In this document: positions 35,305-44,093 of the stretch, in pieces
Layout of the letters: each line of letters starts with the position of its first letter
Position numbering within the stretch: position 1 is the stretch's first letter
Assembly: GCA_964437555.1 (NCBI GenBank)
Contig: CAYTHI010000002.1
Span: forward strand, 7,653-71,652
Length of the DNA stretch: 64,000 bases
Direction of reading: 5' to 3'
Origin: Candidatus Woesearchaeota archaeon
Lineage (GTDB): Archaea > Nanobdellota > Nanobdellia > Pacearchaeales > GW2011-AR1
Translations under genes and position numbers: made by a program
Notes under the pieces: generated by a model
The model's input: only the letters and a program-made list of their open reading frames with translations
Database searches by the model: none
What the model was told of the DNA's origin: nothing

Positions 35305-38300
35305 ATGGAGATTAAAAAACAAGAGGAATTTGTCTTAGAAGCAAAAAAGTTCTTTGAAGTATACAAAAAAGATATTGGAAAATCTTTGAGAAGCGAAGAA
35401 AGCGTTATTTATCTTAATTTCGGAGATGTTCTGCAATTTTCTCCTTCTTTAGCTGAAAAGCTCGTAGACACTCCGGAAGAAACCCTTGCGCTGTTAGAGC
35501 TTGCAATGGAAGAATCAGGATTAAGAGAAAGGCCAAGGATTAGGATTAAAGAGCTTCCCGCTTCTACAGATATAAAAATAAGAGAAATAAGAGCAAAACA
35601 TTTAGACAAGTTCCTGCAGATAGAAGGAATTGTCAAGCAAGCTTCTGAAGTAAGGCCGCAGGTAGTGAATGCAAGATTTGAATGCCCAACATGCGGCGCA
35701 ATTCTCTCTGTATTGCAGATAGATAAAAAATTCAGAGAGCCCGCGAGATGTTCATGCGGAAGAAAAGGCCAATTCAATTTGCTTTCAAAAGAAATGGTTG
35801 ATGCTCAAAGATTAGTTATAGAGGAAGCTTCTGATTCTCTCGACGGAGGAGAACAGCCGAGAAGAATAAATATTTTTCTAAAAGAAGATTTAGTAGATCC
35901 TCGAATGGAAGAAAGAACAACTCCTGGAAGCAGGGTTAAAGTTCTCGGTGTTCTGAAAGAAGTTCCGATTCCTTTGCAAACAGGCTCTATATCTACTCGC
36001 TTTGATCTCGCAATAGAAGCCAACAACATGATTCCGTTGGAAGAAACATTTGAAGACTTGCAAATAAGTGAAGAAGAGGAAAAGCAGATAAATGAGCTGG
36101 CTTCAGACCCTTACGCTCACAAGAAGCTTTCTCAAAGCATTGCCCCAAGCGTATATGGATTTGAAAGAATAAAAGAGGCAATTCTTTTGCAATTATTCTC
36201 AGGAGTAAAAAAAGTAAAATCTGATGGAGGAAGAACAAGGGGAGATATCCATATACTTTTAGTAGGAGATCCGGGCGTAGCGAAATCCGTAACTCTGAAA
36301 TTTGTTTCAACAATTGCCCCGAAAGGAAGATATGTTTCAGGAAAAGCAGCGACTGCAGCAGGATTAACAGCGGCAGTTGTAAAAGACGAATTCTTAAAAG
36401 GATGGTCTTTAGAAGCAGGAGCAATGGTATTGGCAAATAAAGGTCTTGTCTGTATAGATGAGATAGAAAAGATGGATGAGCAGGATCGTTCAACTATGCA
36501 TGAAGCAATGGAGCAGCAATGCTACCATAAAGACACGATTATATCCATGGCTGATGGTTCAGAAGCTAAAATAGGAGATTTAGTAGAAGAGCTATTAGAA
36601 AGAAATAAAGGCAAAATAATCAAAGGCAAAGACTGCCTTATCCTTCCTGTTGAAAACCTAGAAGTGCTTACAACTGATTTTACAAATGTCTTCAAAACAA
36701 AAGCCACGAGGATAAGCAAGCATAAAGCCTTTGACAGATTTATCAAAATAAAATTCTCTCATGGCAGAGAGATAACAGTCACGCCAGAGCATCCTGTGTT
36801 TACTGCTGAAAATGGAGAAATAATCACGAAAAGAGCTGATGAAATAAAAATAGGCAATTCTGCCCCCATACCCTTAAATATTCCGATAATAGGAAAAGAA
36901 CAAAACTTCGAACCAATACTGCTGATAGAAAATGAGAGAATAAAGCAGCAAATAAAAATTCCGCAGAAGAACTGCCAAGAATTATTCAAAATAGTAGGGT
37001 ACTTAATTTCAGAGGGCTCCAGGGAAAAAAACAGAGGGAAAATTGTAGGAGTTAATTTTACAAATAAAGATAAACGCGTATTGGAAGATTTTGAGAGCGG
37101 TATGCATAAAGTTTTTAACCTAAAGCCTTACAAACAAACTAAGATAGACGACCATGAGCCAAGAGATATGTACAGATATTCTTCAGTTAATCTAATCAGT
37201 TTTATAAGTAAGAATATGCCATCTTTGCTTAGAAAGTCAGGCAGTAAAGAAATCCCTGAATTTGCAATGAGAGGAAGAAAAGAAGATATCGCAAAAATGC
37301 TTTCTTCCTTATTTGAAGGAGACGGGTATGCTGCGATTAAAAAGAGAACAATAAGAATTGGATATAAAACCAAAAGCAAGAGACTTGCAGAACAAATTCA
37401 GGATTTATTGTTAAGATTTGGCATAAGAAGTTCTATAACAGAACACATGGGATTTTATAGGGTGGGAATAGCTGAATATACCAATATTCAAAGATTTAGA
37501 AAGGATATTGGTTTCTTCACAGAAGAAAAAAACAGAATAATAGACTACTATCTTAGAACTAAGCTCATTAAAAGGCATGTAAAAAACATAATACCGGTCG
37601 AATTTAATGAGAAAATTATCAGTATCCTCAAAGAAGAAGGTATAAGTGACGTTGGGAAATATAAAATATACGATATAATCTATGACCATCAAAAAAGAAA
37701 AGATAAATTTTCATTTTCAACAGAATTCCTAAGAAATCTTCTGCCATTGATAAAGGGTTATAAAAATAAAAAATATATAGAGCAATTCACAAAAGATATT
37801 GGCTGGGAATATATCAAAGGAATAGAGATAATTGAAAACGAAGATGAAAATTGGGTTTATGACATTACGATAGAGCCAAATCACTCTTTTATTTCACAAG
37901 CTGCTATACTTCATAATACTGTCACCATCTCCAAAGCAAACATCCAGGCATCACTAAGAGCCGAGACATCTGTTCTTGCAGCAGGAAACCCAAAGCTCGG
38001 AAGATTTGACCCATTTACGCCGATTCCGCAACAGATAGACATTTCTCCTGCCTTGCTCAGCAGATTTGATGTTATTTTTGTCCTTCGTGATTTGCCAAAC
38101 AAAGGCCAGGATGAAGCAATAGCCTCGCATATATTGGAAGAACACAAACAAACAGTAATAAGAGATGTAGTTGAGCCAAATCTACTAAGAAAATATATTG
38201 CCTATGCCAAAAAGATAAAACCAAAACTGACAGAAGAAGCAAGCGATGAAATAAAAGATTTCTACATTTCATTAAGAAATCAATCAGTCAGAACAGATAC

Positions 38301-38712
38301 AGACATAAAGCCAATTCCTATAACAGCAAGGCAATTAGAAGCAATAGTAAGATTATCGGAAGCCTGCGCACGTGTAAGATTAAGTGAAACAGTTTCAAGG
38401 GATGACGCAAAAAAAGCAATAAATCTTCTGAAATTTTCTCTTAGCCAGGTCGGCTATGATGAAGAGACAAAAGCGTTTGATATAGACAGGATAACAACAG
38501 GAATCTCATCTTCAAAGAGAGGAAAAATAATAAGCGTAAAAGAAACATTGACAAAATTAGAGTCAAGGCTTGGAAAGCTTATTCCCATAGAAGAACTGCA
38601 AAAAGAATTAGAAGGAAAAATATCAGAAACAGAGATTGAAGAAGCAATAAATCAGCTTGACAAATCCGGGGATATTTTCAGGCCCAAGCCTGGTTATATT
38701 CAGAAGTTATAA
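35305..38712 (+). CDS. mcm: MCM replicative helicase with an in-frame 466-aa intein
   Basis: Zn-finger CPTCG...CSCG, Walker A GDPGVAKS, Walker B CIDEIEKMD, arginine finger SRFD; exteins total ~669 aa. Confidence 0.9.
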   Translation: MEIKKQEEFVLEAKKFFEVYKKDIGKSLRSEESVIYLNFGDVLQFSPSLAEKLVDTPEETLALLELAMEESGLRERPRIRIKELPASTDIKIREIRAKHLDKFLQIEGIVKQASEVRPQVVNARFECPTCGAILSVLQIDKKFREPARCSCGRKGQFNLLSKEMVDAQRLVIEEASDSLDGGEQPRRINIFLKEDLVDPRMEERTTPGSRVKVLGVLKEVPIPLQTGSISTRFDLAIEANNMIPLEETFEDLQISEEEEKQINELASDPYAHKKLSQSIAPSVYGFERIKEAILLQLFSGVKKVKSDGGRTRGDIHILLVGDPGVAKSVTLKFVSTIAPKGRYVSGKAATAAGLTAAVVKDEFLKGWSLEAGAMVLANKGLVCIDEIEKMDEQDRSTMHEAMEQQCYHKDTIISMADGSEAKIGDLVEELLERNKGKIIKGKDCLILPVENLEVLTTDFTNVFKTKATRISKHKAFDRFIKIKFSHGREITVTPEHPVFTAENGEIITKRADEIKIGNSAPIPLNIPIIGKEQNFEPILLIENERIKQQIKIPQKNCQELFKIVGYLISEGSREKNRGKIVGVNFTNKDKRVLEDFESGMHKVFNLKPYKQTKIDDHEPRDMYRYSSVNLISFISKNMPSLLRKSGSKEIPEFAMRGRKEDIAKMLSSLFEGDGYAAIKKRTIRIGYKTKSKRLAEQIQDLLLRFGIRSSITEHMGFYRVGIAEYTNIQRFRKDIGFFTEEKNRIIDYYLRTKLIKRHVKNIIPVEFNEKIISILKEEGISDVGKYKIYDIIYDHQKRKDKFSFSTEFLRNLLPLIKGYKNKKYIEQFTKDIGWEYIKGIEIIENEDENWVYDITIEPNHSFISQAAILHNTVTISKANIQASLRAETSVLAAGNPKLGRFDPFTPIPQQIDISPALLSRFDVIFVLRDLPNKGQDEAIASHILEEHKQTVIRDVVEPNLLRKYIAYAKKIKPKLTEEASDEIKDFYISLRNQSVRTDTDIKPIPITARQLEAIVRLSEACARVRLSETVSRDDAKKAINLLKFSLSQVGYDEETKAFDIDRITTGISSSKRGKIISVKETLTKLESRLGKLIPIEELQKELEGKISETEIEEAINQLDKSGDIFRPKPGYIQKL
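36520..37917 (+). mobile_element. Intein with LAGLIDADG homing-endonuclease domain inside mcm
   Basis: Begins with Cys immediately after EAMEQQ and ends ILHN followed by Thr (+1); LAGLIDADG-type blocks VGYLISEGS and LSSLFEGDGYA. Confidence 0.8.
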
Positions 38713-38976
38713 TCTGCCTTTCTCGATAGCATCTTTCACAGAAAAATCAATATAGTTTCTAGCAGAATAAGTTGTAGCTTTTCCATCGAAATAATATCTT
38801 CCATCTCTCTCCTGAACGCAAGTCAGTTCATTAATCAAAAATCTTAAATGCGAATAATCTCCATTAAAAACTATCGATCTGACCCTATCGCTATGTCCCC
38901 ATTGGCTATACATATATTCCCAAAGCTCCTCTAAAGTCAGACCTGGCTTATCTTTAACCGCCTTTAATGTAAACAT
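38707..38976 (-). CDS. Small hypothetical protein (89 aa)
   Basis: ORF convergent with mcm; no family. Confidence 0.4.
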   Translation of the reverse strand: MFTLKAVKDKPGLTLEELWEYMYSQWGHSDRVRSIVFNGDYSHLRFLINELTCVQERDGRYYFDGKATTYSARNYIDFSVKDAIEKGRL

Positions 38977-39073
38977 AACCTGGCTTACTAACCTCTTGGC
39001 AGCAGAAATAAGAAATTTAAATATCTTTACTAATCACGAAAATGCTTAAATAACCATCATCATTTTAACAAAA

Positions 39074-39688
39074 ATGCAGGAACAGGAATTCAAAAGGCAC
39101 ATTGCACACAAATTTAGGATAGGTGATATTCTTTCAGGAAAGCCTGTTATGGATGCTGATAGGTTCAAATTTACTGAAATAGGAGACAAAAAAGTTGCAA
39201 GAGTTAATATAATAGCAAATGTAATAGAAAAATTTGTCCAAGATGGTGAGAAAAAATTTGCCTCTGTAACGTTGGACGATGCCTCCGGGCAGATAAGAAT
39301 AAAAACATTCGGAGAAGACATAGAAAAGTTCTCATCTCTCGTACAGGGAGACACCATCCAGATTATAGGGCTTCTGCGCTCATGGAATAATGAAATATAC
39401 ATAACTCCTGAAATAATAAAAAAAAGAAATCCTGAATTTCTTTTGCTAAGAAAATTAGAAACAGACCTTCAAAAGCCAAAACAGATAGATAAGAGCCAAA
39501 TAAATACATTCAGAGACAGCATACTTTCAATGATTAAAAAAGAAGAATCTAACGGCGGAATAGAAACAGAAAAAATAGTTAATGAACTTAAAACAACACA
39601 CGATTTAGTTAATAGTGAAGTCAAAAGGCTTCTTGAAGACGGCCTTATTTATGAGCCCCGCCCGGGAAAATTACGATATTTAGGATAA
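39074..39688 (+). CDS. RPA-like single-stranded DNA-binding protein (OB fold plus C-terminal winged helix)
   Basis: VNIIANVIEKFV...ASVTLDDASGQIRIKTFGED...GDTIQIIG fits an RPA/SSB OB fold; sits next to mcm. Confidence 0.55.
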   Translation: MQEQEFKRHIAHKFRIGDILSGKPVMDADRFKFTEIGDKKVARVNIIANVIEKFVQDGEKKFASVTLDDASGQIRIKTFGEDIEKFSSLVQGDTIQIIGLLRSWNNEIYITPEIIKKRNPEFLLLRKLETDLQKPKQIDKSQINTFRDSILSMIKKEESNGGIETEKIVNELKTTHDLVNSEVKRLLEDGLIYEPRPGKLRYLG

Positions 39689-39689
39689 T

Positions 39690-40125
39690 GAAAACCAGAA
39701 CATTCAATTCTGTAATGATTCCTGCTCATGAAAGCTATGTCAGCAGGGCGCTTGGCATCCCACAAAATTCAGGCCCGAGAATAGATTTAGTAAGTGAAGC
39801 AGCGGGGGTTGAAATAAAATCAAGACTATTAGTACGGACCATCCGAAAAAATGGGTTGTGCAGGAGCACCAAATGCAATATCCTAAAATGCTTGAGGAGA
39901 GGGTAACTGAAAGAACTCTTCACATAATTTCATGGGATTGGATGAGTCAATTTCCGCCACATGAAACGAGCGGCAAGACAAAAATATCAGAGTGGGAGTT
40001 AGTCTTGAGATATTCAACTTTTGCAAGAATCCCAAAAATAGCGAAAACATATCAGGGCCGAAAAGGTCCAATACACTTAACAAATGGAGTCAACCCAAAA
40101 CATTTCCCGGCACTTTCCCGTTGAT
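39690..40125. ncRNA. GC-rich non-coding stretch, candidate structured RNA (RNase P RNA or SRP RNA considered, not confirmed)
   Basis: Only short mutually overlapping ORFs on both strands; GC well above the window background; P4-like GGGAAAGUGCCGGGAAA on the minus strand near 40090-40110. Confidence 0.3.
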
Positions 40126-40129
40126 TTAT

Positions 40130-40663
40130 TTATAATTTCCTCGCAATCAATTCAGCAACAGAGTTCTCTTTGTAATGCAAAATCTCCCATCCATTTTCAT
40201 AAAAACTCTTCAATTCTCTTTTCTTAAATAAAAAAGAAAACTTTATTTTATCATCATCAAAAAAAGCAGAAATCACATTAATCCCTTTTTTCTTTGTATG
40301 CTTTTTAATATTTTCAATTAAAGCGTAAACATCATTCCTATGCAAAAAGTGCAGGACATTGTTACAGATAATCAAATCATAATTTCCCTTAATTTTTAAC
40401 TTAGTTATATCTTCAACAACACTTTTTAATTTAACATTATGAATTTTAGCCAGTTGGTTTAATTTATGAATTCCATACTTAGAAGAATCAACAGCCAAAA
40501 CTTTAAAGCCTTTCTTTGCTAAAAAAACAGAATCTCTGCCTTCTCCCGCCCCTAAATCTAAAACCTTTCCTTTCTTAACAAAACTAATTGCCTTCACAAC
40601 TAAACTGCTCGGCTCCAATCCCCAGTAATATTTTTTGCCTTTATATAAAGAATCAAAACTCAT
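40130..40663 (-). CDS. Class I SAM-dependent methyltransferase
   Basis: VLDLGAGEGRDSVFLAKKGFKVLAVDSS motif I/II. Confidence 0.65.
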   Translation of the reverse strand: MSFDSLYKGKKYYWGLEPSSLVVKAISFVKKGKVLDLGAGEGRDSVFLAKKGFKVLAVDSSKYGIHKLNQLAKIHNVKLKSVVEDITKLKIKGNYDLIICNNVLHFLHRNDVYALIENIKKHTKKKGINVISAFFDDDKIKFSFLFKKRELKSFYENGWEILHYKENSVAELIARKL

Positions 40664-41232
40664 TATTTTTTAAAACCAATCCTATGCAAAAATCCACTCT
40701 TCTTGTTAACTCTCAAAGCAAGCAGGATTAATACAATTAATACAAATACAAGAAGGCCGAATTTAATCGCATTAGTAAAGTTCTGCCAATTCCTGACAGA
40801 GCCATAAACAATAGCAAGAACTCCTGAAGCCATCAATCCGCTTCCGATTGGCTCTATACTAAAGATAGAATATCCTACAATAATTGTTATTAACCCTATA
40901 ATTAGTGCAATCCAGAAAACATTAGTATTATATTTGGAAATAGCATCCTGATAATTAATCCCGCATTCATCGCAATATCCATCAGTAACACACCCTCTGC
41001 TATCATATTCAGACCTGAACTCTCCCTTTATGGCATAGCAAGCCTGCTCTTTTGCACTTAACTCGGACGAATAAGTGCAATTAACTGCCGGCTCCCTGTA
41101 AATAGTAGGATACCTATAAGTGCAGTAATCCTCATACTTCGGCTCAGGATAAAAAGTCTGTATGCCATAAAGCAATACTAAAAAGTAAACAATAAATATC
41201 CCCACTCCCAAAACAATATTCTTGAATCTCAT
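40663..41232 (-). CDS. Cys-rich membrane protein (hypothetical)
   Basis: N-terminal TM, Cys-rich ectodomain, 3 C-terminal TM helices. Confidence 0.5.
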   Translation of the reverse strand: MRFKNIVLGVGIFIVYFLVLLYGIQTFYPEPKYEDYCTYRYPTIYREPAVNCTYSSELSAKEQACYAIKGEFRSEYDSRGCVTDGYCDECGINYQDAISKYNTNVFWIALIIGLITIIVGYSIFSIEPIGSGLMASGVLAIVYGSVRNWQNFTNAIKFGLLVFVLIVLILLALRVNKKSGFLHRIGFKK

Positions 41233-41581
41233 AATTAGAATTAAACAAGCATCTTTATAAATATTATTTATCGGTCATCGGATATATTTTTTAGGTTCAT
41301 ATGTTATCTGTGCAAGATAAACAATTCTCGGCTTCTCCGATGTGCCAACAGAGCATGATGTAGTCTGAACATCCAAAACCCTGTTTCTATGTACAAGTAA
41401 AGAAGTAAGCTCAACACTAACACTAGTTTGAAAGAGCTCAAGACCGGCTTCATCTTGTATTTCAATTGGCAAAGATTAAATATATCTAATTTGAGGCATA
41501 GGTTAACATTATCAAAGCAATATTTAAGCATTTATATAAGGCAATCAAAACTCTTAAAAACTATCTAAATACAATAATCAG

Positions 41582-41992
41582 ATGGAATCATACGAAAATC
41601 TTCTTGAAGATGCCTACAAAAACATAAAAGAAATAAAAGGAAGTTCAGAGAGATTTGAAATACCAAAAGTAAAAGGATTTGTAGCAGGAAAAAATACAAT
41701 AATCAGCAATTTCAGGGAGATTGCTTCATACATAAGAAGACCGCAGGAGCAAATAGCAAAGTTTCTTCAAAAAGAACTGGCAACGCCAGGCAAGATTGAA
41801 AATGATCGCCTCATACTTAACAGAAAAATAAATTCAGCTCTTATAAATGAAAAATTAGAAGAATATGTAAAAGAATTTGTTTTATGCAATGAATGCAAAA
41901 AGCCCGACACAGAGATAATATCTGAAAAAGGAATAAAATTTAAGCATTGCCTTGCCTGCGGAGCAAAAACCCCAATAAAAAGCAGGATTTAA
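41582..41992 (+). CDS. eif2b: Translation initiation factor aIF2 beta subunit
   Basis: 136 aa; C-terminal C4 zinc finger CNECKKPDT...CLACGAK and conserved aIF2-beta core. Confidence 0.8.
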   Translation: MESYENLLEDAYKNIKEIKGSSERFEIPKVKGFVAGKNTIISNFREIASYIRRPQEQIAKFLQKELATPGKIENDRLILNRKINSALINEKLEEYVKEFVLCNECKKPDTEIISEKGIKFKHCLACGAKTPIKSRI

Positions 41993-42079
41993 ATAGGCTA
42001 ACAAAAGTTAATTATTATAGTAAAAATAGAAGCATCCGATGATTCTATCGGATATCAAGCAATAATATCCGGCAATTTC

Positions 42080-42316
42080 ATGCTTCCGGCAAGAGTGTTC
42101 GCTTCGCCAACTCCCAATGGAGGATACACTTTATACAGATACTTATATGGAACTATTTCAAGAATGTTAGGAATACCAGAAGGTACTGAGCAAATCGGAA
42201 CAGCAACAAATGAGAGAGATGCCCGTAAAAAATTAAGAGCACATCTAAGAGGATTAGCAGCAAGGCAAGAGAGTTTAGTAGAACAGGTAGAACAATTAAT
42301 TGGTTGTGAAGAGTAA
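42080..42316 (+). CDS. Small hypothetical protein
   Basis: 78-aa ORF in a relatively GC-rich 260-bp segment; an overlapping minus-strand ORF competes; weak. Confidence 0.3.
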   Translation: MLPARVFASPTPNGGYTLYRYLYGTISRMLGIPEGTEQIGTATNERDARKKLRAHLRGLAARQESLVEQVEQLIGCEE

Positions 42317-42405
42317 TTCAGCTCTTTCCTTGCTAAAAAATCAAAAATCACCAATAAAAACCTTTATAATACCAAAAAACAAAGAAATAGGACGGAGGTA
42401 TAAAT

Positions 42406-42558
42406 ATGGCAACAAAAGGATACTGTGTAAAATGCAAAGAACAGGTAGAAATGAAAAACCCTGTTGAATCCCGAACATCCAAGGGAACCAAGATAGCTAA
42501 AGGAAAATGCCCTAATTGCGGAACAACAGTTTGCAGAATGGGCGGAATTCAGAAGTAG
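42406..42558 (+). CDS. Small Zn-ribbon protein (50 aa) with a strong upstream GGAGGT
   Basis: MATKGYCVKCKEQVEM...KCPNCGTTVC; GGAGGT 9 nt upstream; sits inside a translation-factor cluster. Confidence 0.55.
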   Translation: MATKGYCVKCKEQVEMKNPVESRTSKGTKIAKGKCPNCGTTVCRMGGIQK

Positions 42559-42564
42559 GTCTCG

Positions 42565-42864
42565 ATGATTAGTTTCAAGATACATAAGTCGTACAGGAAT
42601 GTAGTGGCTGTATGCGACTCCGAACTGCTTGGAAAGAAATTTGAGGAAGGAAAGAGGCAGCTTCATTTGAAGGAATTCTTCTATAAAGATAAAGAAGTTT
42701 CTTTGGAAGAGGCTATTTCATTAATTAAATCCCAGGCAAGAGAAGATTCAACTTTTAACATAGTTGGAAAAGAAGCTGTAAAAGCCGCTACTGAAGCCGG
42801 AATGATAAACCCGGCACAAATCAGCAAAATACAGGGAATCCCGTTTATTCTCGTTCTGCTTTAA
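42565..42864 (+). CDS. Conserved archaeal small protein (DUF-type)
   Basis: 99-aa ORF between the Zn-ribbon gene and aIF1A. Confidence 0.45.
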   Translation: MISFKIHKSYRNVVAVCDSELLGKKFEEGKRQLHLKEFFYKDKEVSLEEAISLIKSQAREDSTFNIVGKEAVKAATEAGMINPAQISKIQGIPFILVLL

Positions 42865-42901
42865 AGCCAAATTTTAAATAACCTATTTTACAATATTTCT
42901 A

Positions 42902-43267
42902 ATGAAAGAAAATGATTTCGGAGATTTTGAAGAAATAAATGAAAATTTACATCAGCAGGAGGTCTCTGAAGAGCCGGGAATTCCAACAAGAGTAAGAATG
43001 CCAAGAAAAGGCGAGGTAATTGGAGTAATAACGCAAAGGCTTGGAGGAAATAGAATGCATATCAACTCTACAGACGGAAAAATAAGAAATTGCAGAGTCC
43101 CTGGAAGATTCAAAAGAAGACTCTGGCTCAGGCCTAAAGATATCGTATTAATTACTCCCTGGCCTGACAATGACGAAAAAGGAGATATAATTTACAAGTA
43201 TAATTCTTCAGAAATAATACAATTAAGAAAAAAAGGAATTTTAGACACAATCAAAGAAGAATTCTAA
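42902..43267 (+). CDS. eif1a: Translation initiation factor aIF-1A
   Basis: S1-like OB fold: GEVIGVITQRLGGNRMHINSTDGKIRNCRVPGRFKRRLWLRPKDIVLI. Confidence 0.85.
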   Translation: MKENDFGDFEEINENLHQQEVSEEPGIPTRVRMPRKGEVIGVITQRLGGNRMHINSTDGKIRNCRVPGRFKRRLWLRPKDIVLITPWPDNDEKGDIIYKYNSSEIIQLRKKGILDTIKEEF

Positions 43268-43268
43268 A

Positions 43269-43769
43269 ATGAAAATCCTTTTACTTCAAAGAACAAAAGA
43301 GCTGGCGAGAGAAAAAAAATTTCTTGAAGAGAAGCTAAATGTAGAAATATCAATTGAAGGAAAAAAAATAACGATAGAAGGAAATGCTGTTGATGAATAT
43401 GAAGCATCAATAGTTTTAGAAGCAATAGGCTTCGGTTTCTCAACAAAAGTAGCTATTCTTCTGAAAAACCCTGATTTCGCATTCAGGCAATTAAGCATAA
43501 AAGATATTACAAAGAAAAAAAACTTTCTGCTAATAAGAGGGAGATTAATAGGAACAAGAGGAAAAACAAAAGAGACAATAGAAGAAATTTCAGGGTGCAG
43601 GCTTATGATTCACGACAACGACAATATTGTAGGCATAATCGGACCATCTGAAGACATTGAAGATGCAATAACTGCTCTGACAAGCCTAATCAAGGGCTCA
43701 AAACAAGCCAATGTTTACAGGTATCTAGAAAAAAGAAACAGAGATAAAAAAATAAAAAATGATTTTTGA
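43269..43769 (+). CDS. KH-domain RNA-binding protein (Dim2/Pno1-like)
   Basis: Two KH-like segments (IGTRGKTKETIEEISGCRL...); the eIF1A-KH gene pairing is typical in archaea. Confidence 0.65.
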   Translation: MKILLLQRTKELAREKKFLEEKLNVEISIEGKKITIEGNAVDEYEASIVLEAIGFGFSTKVAILLKNPDFAFRQLSIKDITKKKNFLLIRGRLIGTRGKTKETIEEISGCRLMIHDNDNIVGIIGPSEDIEDAITALTSLIKGSKQANVYRYLEKRNRDKKIKNDF

Positions 43770-43780
43770 AATTATTGGTA

Positions 43781-43879
43781 TTATCTTCGTCGGGAAGTTC
43801 TTCGCTTAGACTTTGCCCTGGAAGACCCTCTACCCTTTCTATGTTTTACTTTCCGCGAAGCTTTTCTTTTTTTGGCCAT
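43781..43879 (-). CDS. Highly basic 32-aa peptide (MAKKRKASRKVKHRKGRGSSRAKSKRRTSRRR); ribosomal-protein-like composition, identity unknown
   Basis: Minus-strand ORF exactly covering repeat copy C; decayed fragments of the same coding sequence occur at repeat copies A and B. Confidence 0.3.
   Translation of the reverse strand: MAKKRKASRKVKHRKGRGSSRAKSKRRTSRRR
43826..43861 (+). repeat. Dispersed repeat family, copy C (CCCTCTACCCTTTCTATGTTTTACTTTCCGCGAAGC)
   Basis: Left half matches copy A (13938-13951 region) and right half matches copy B (15258-15278). Confidence 0.55.
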
Positions 43880-44042
43880 TATCAACACCTCTTTACAACA
43901 AAAGCAAGTTAATCTCGTATTTAAAATTTTCCAATTTCAAAAAATTTTAAATTGCTCTGAAAAAATCAGAAATAAAGCGGAAAAATTATTCAAGTAAATC
44001 TTTAAACAAGCAACTTACTCGAGACATTGAAGTTGTAGAGCA

Positions 44043-44070
44043 AAGATTTGCAGAGCAAATCTTTAAATAA
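44043..44070 (+). promoter_or_regulatory. Perfect 10-bp-arm palindrome (AAAGATTTGC-AGA-GCAAATCTTT) overlapping a TATA-like TTTAAATA box ~28 nt upstream of tRNA-Asn
   Basis: Exact inverted repeat; AAATCTTTAAA also recurs at 43996-44006; canonical TATA-to-start spacing for the tRNA gene. Confidence 0.5.
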
Positions 44071-44093
44071 CGTTTTTGCCCCACAATTATTAT

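Noticed and set aside
35993-36493. 166-aa minus-strand ORF (and other minus-strand ORFs) inside mcm
   Set aside because: Antisense to the unambiguous MCM helicase gene.
39688-40124. Calling the small ORFs 39688..39906 and 39858..40124 protein-coding
   Set aside because: They overlap each other and minus-strand ORFs. They lie in a GC-enriched stretch with RNA-like motifs. The first would be coupled to the RPA gene by ATGA overlap, which keeps some doubt; hence reported as an ncRNA candidate with low confidence, not as CDS.
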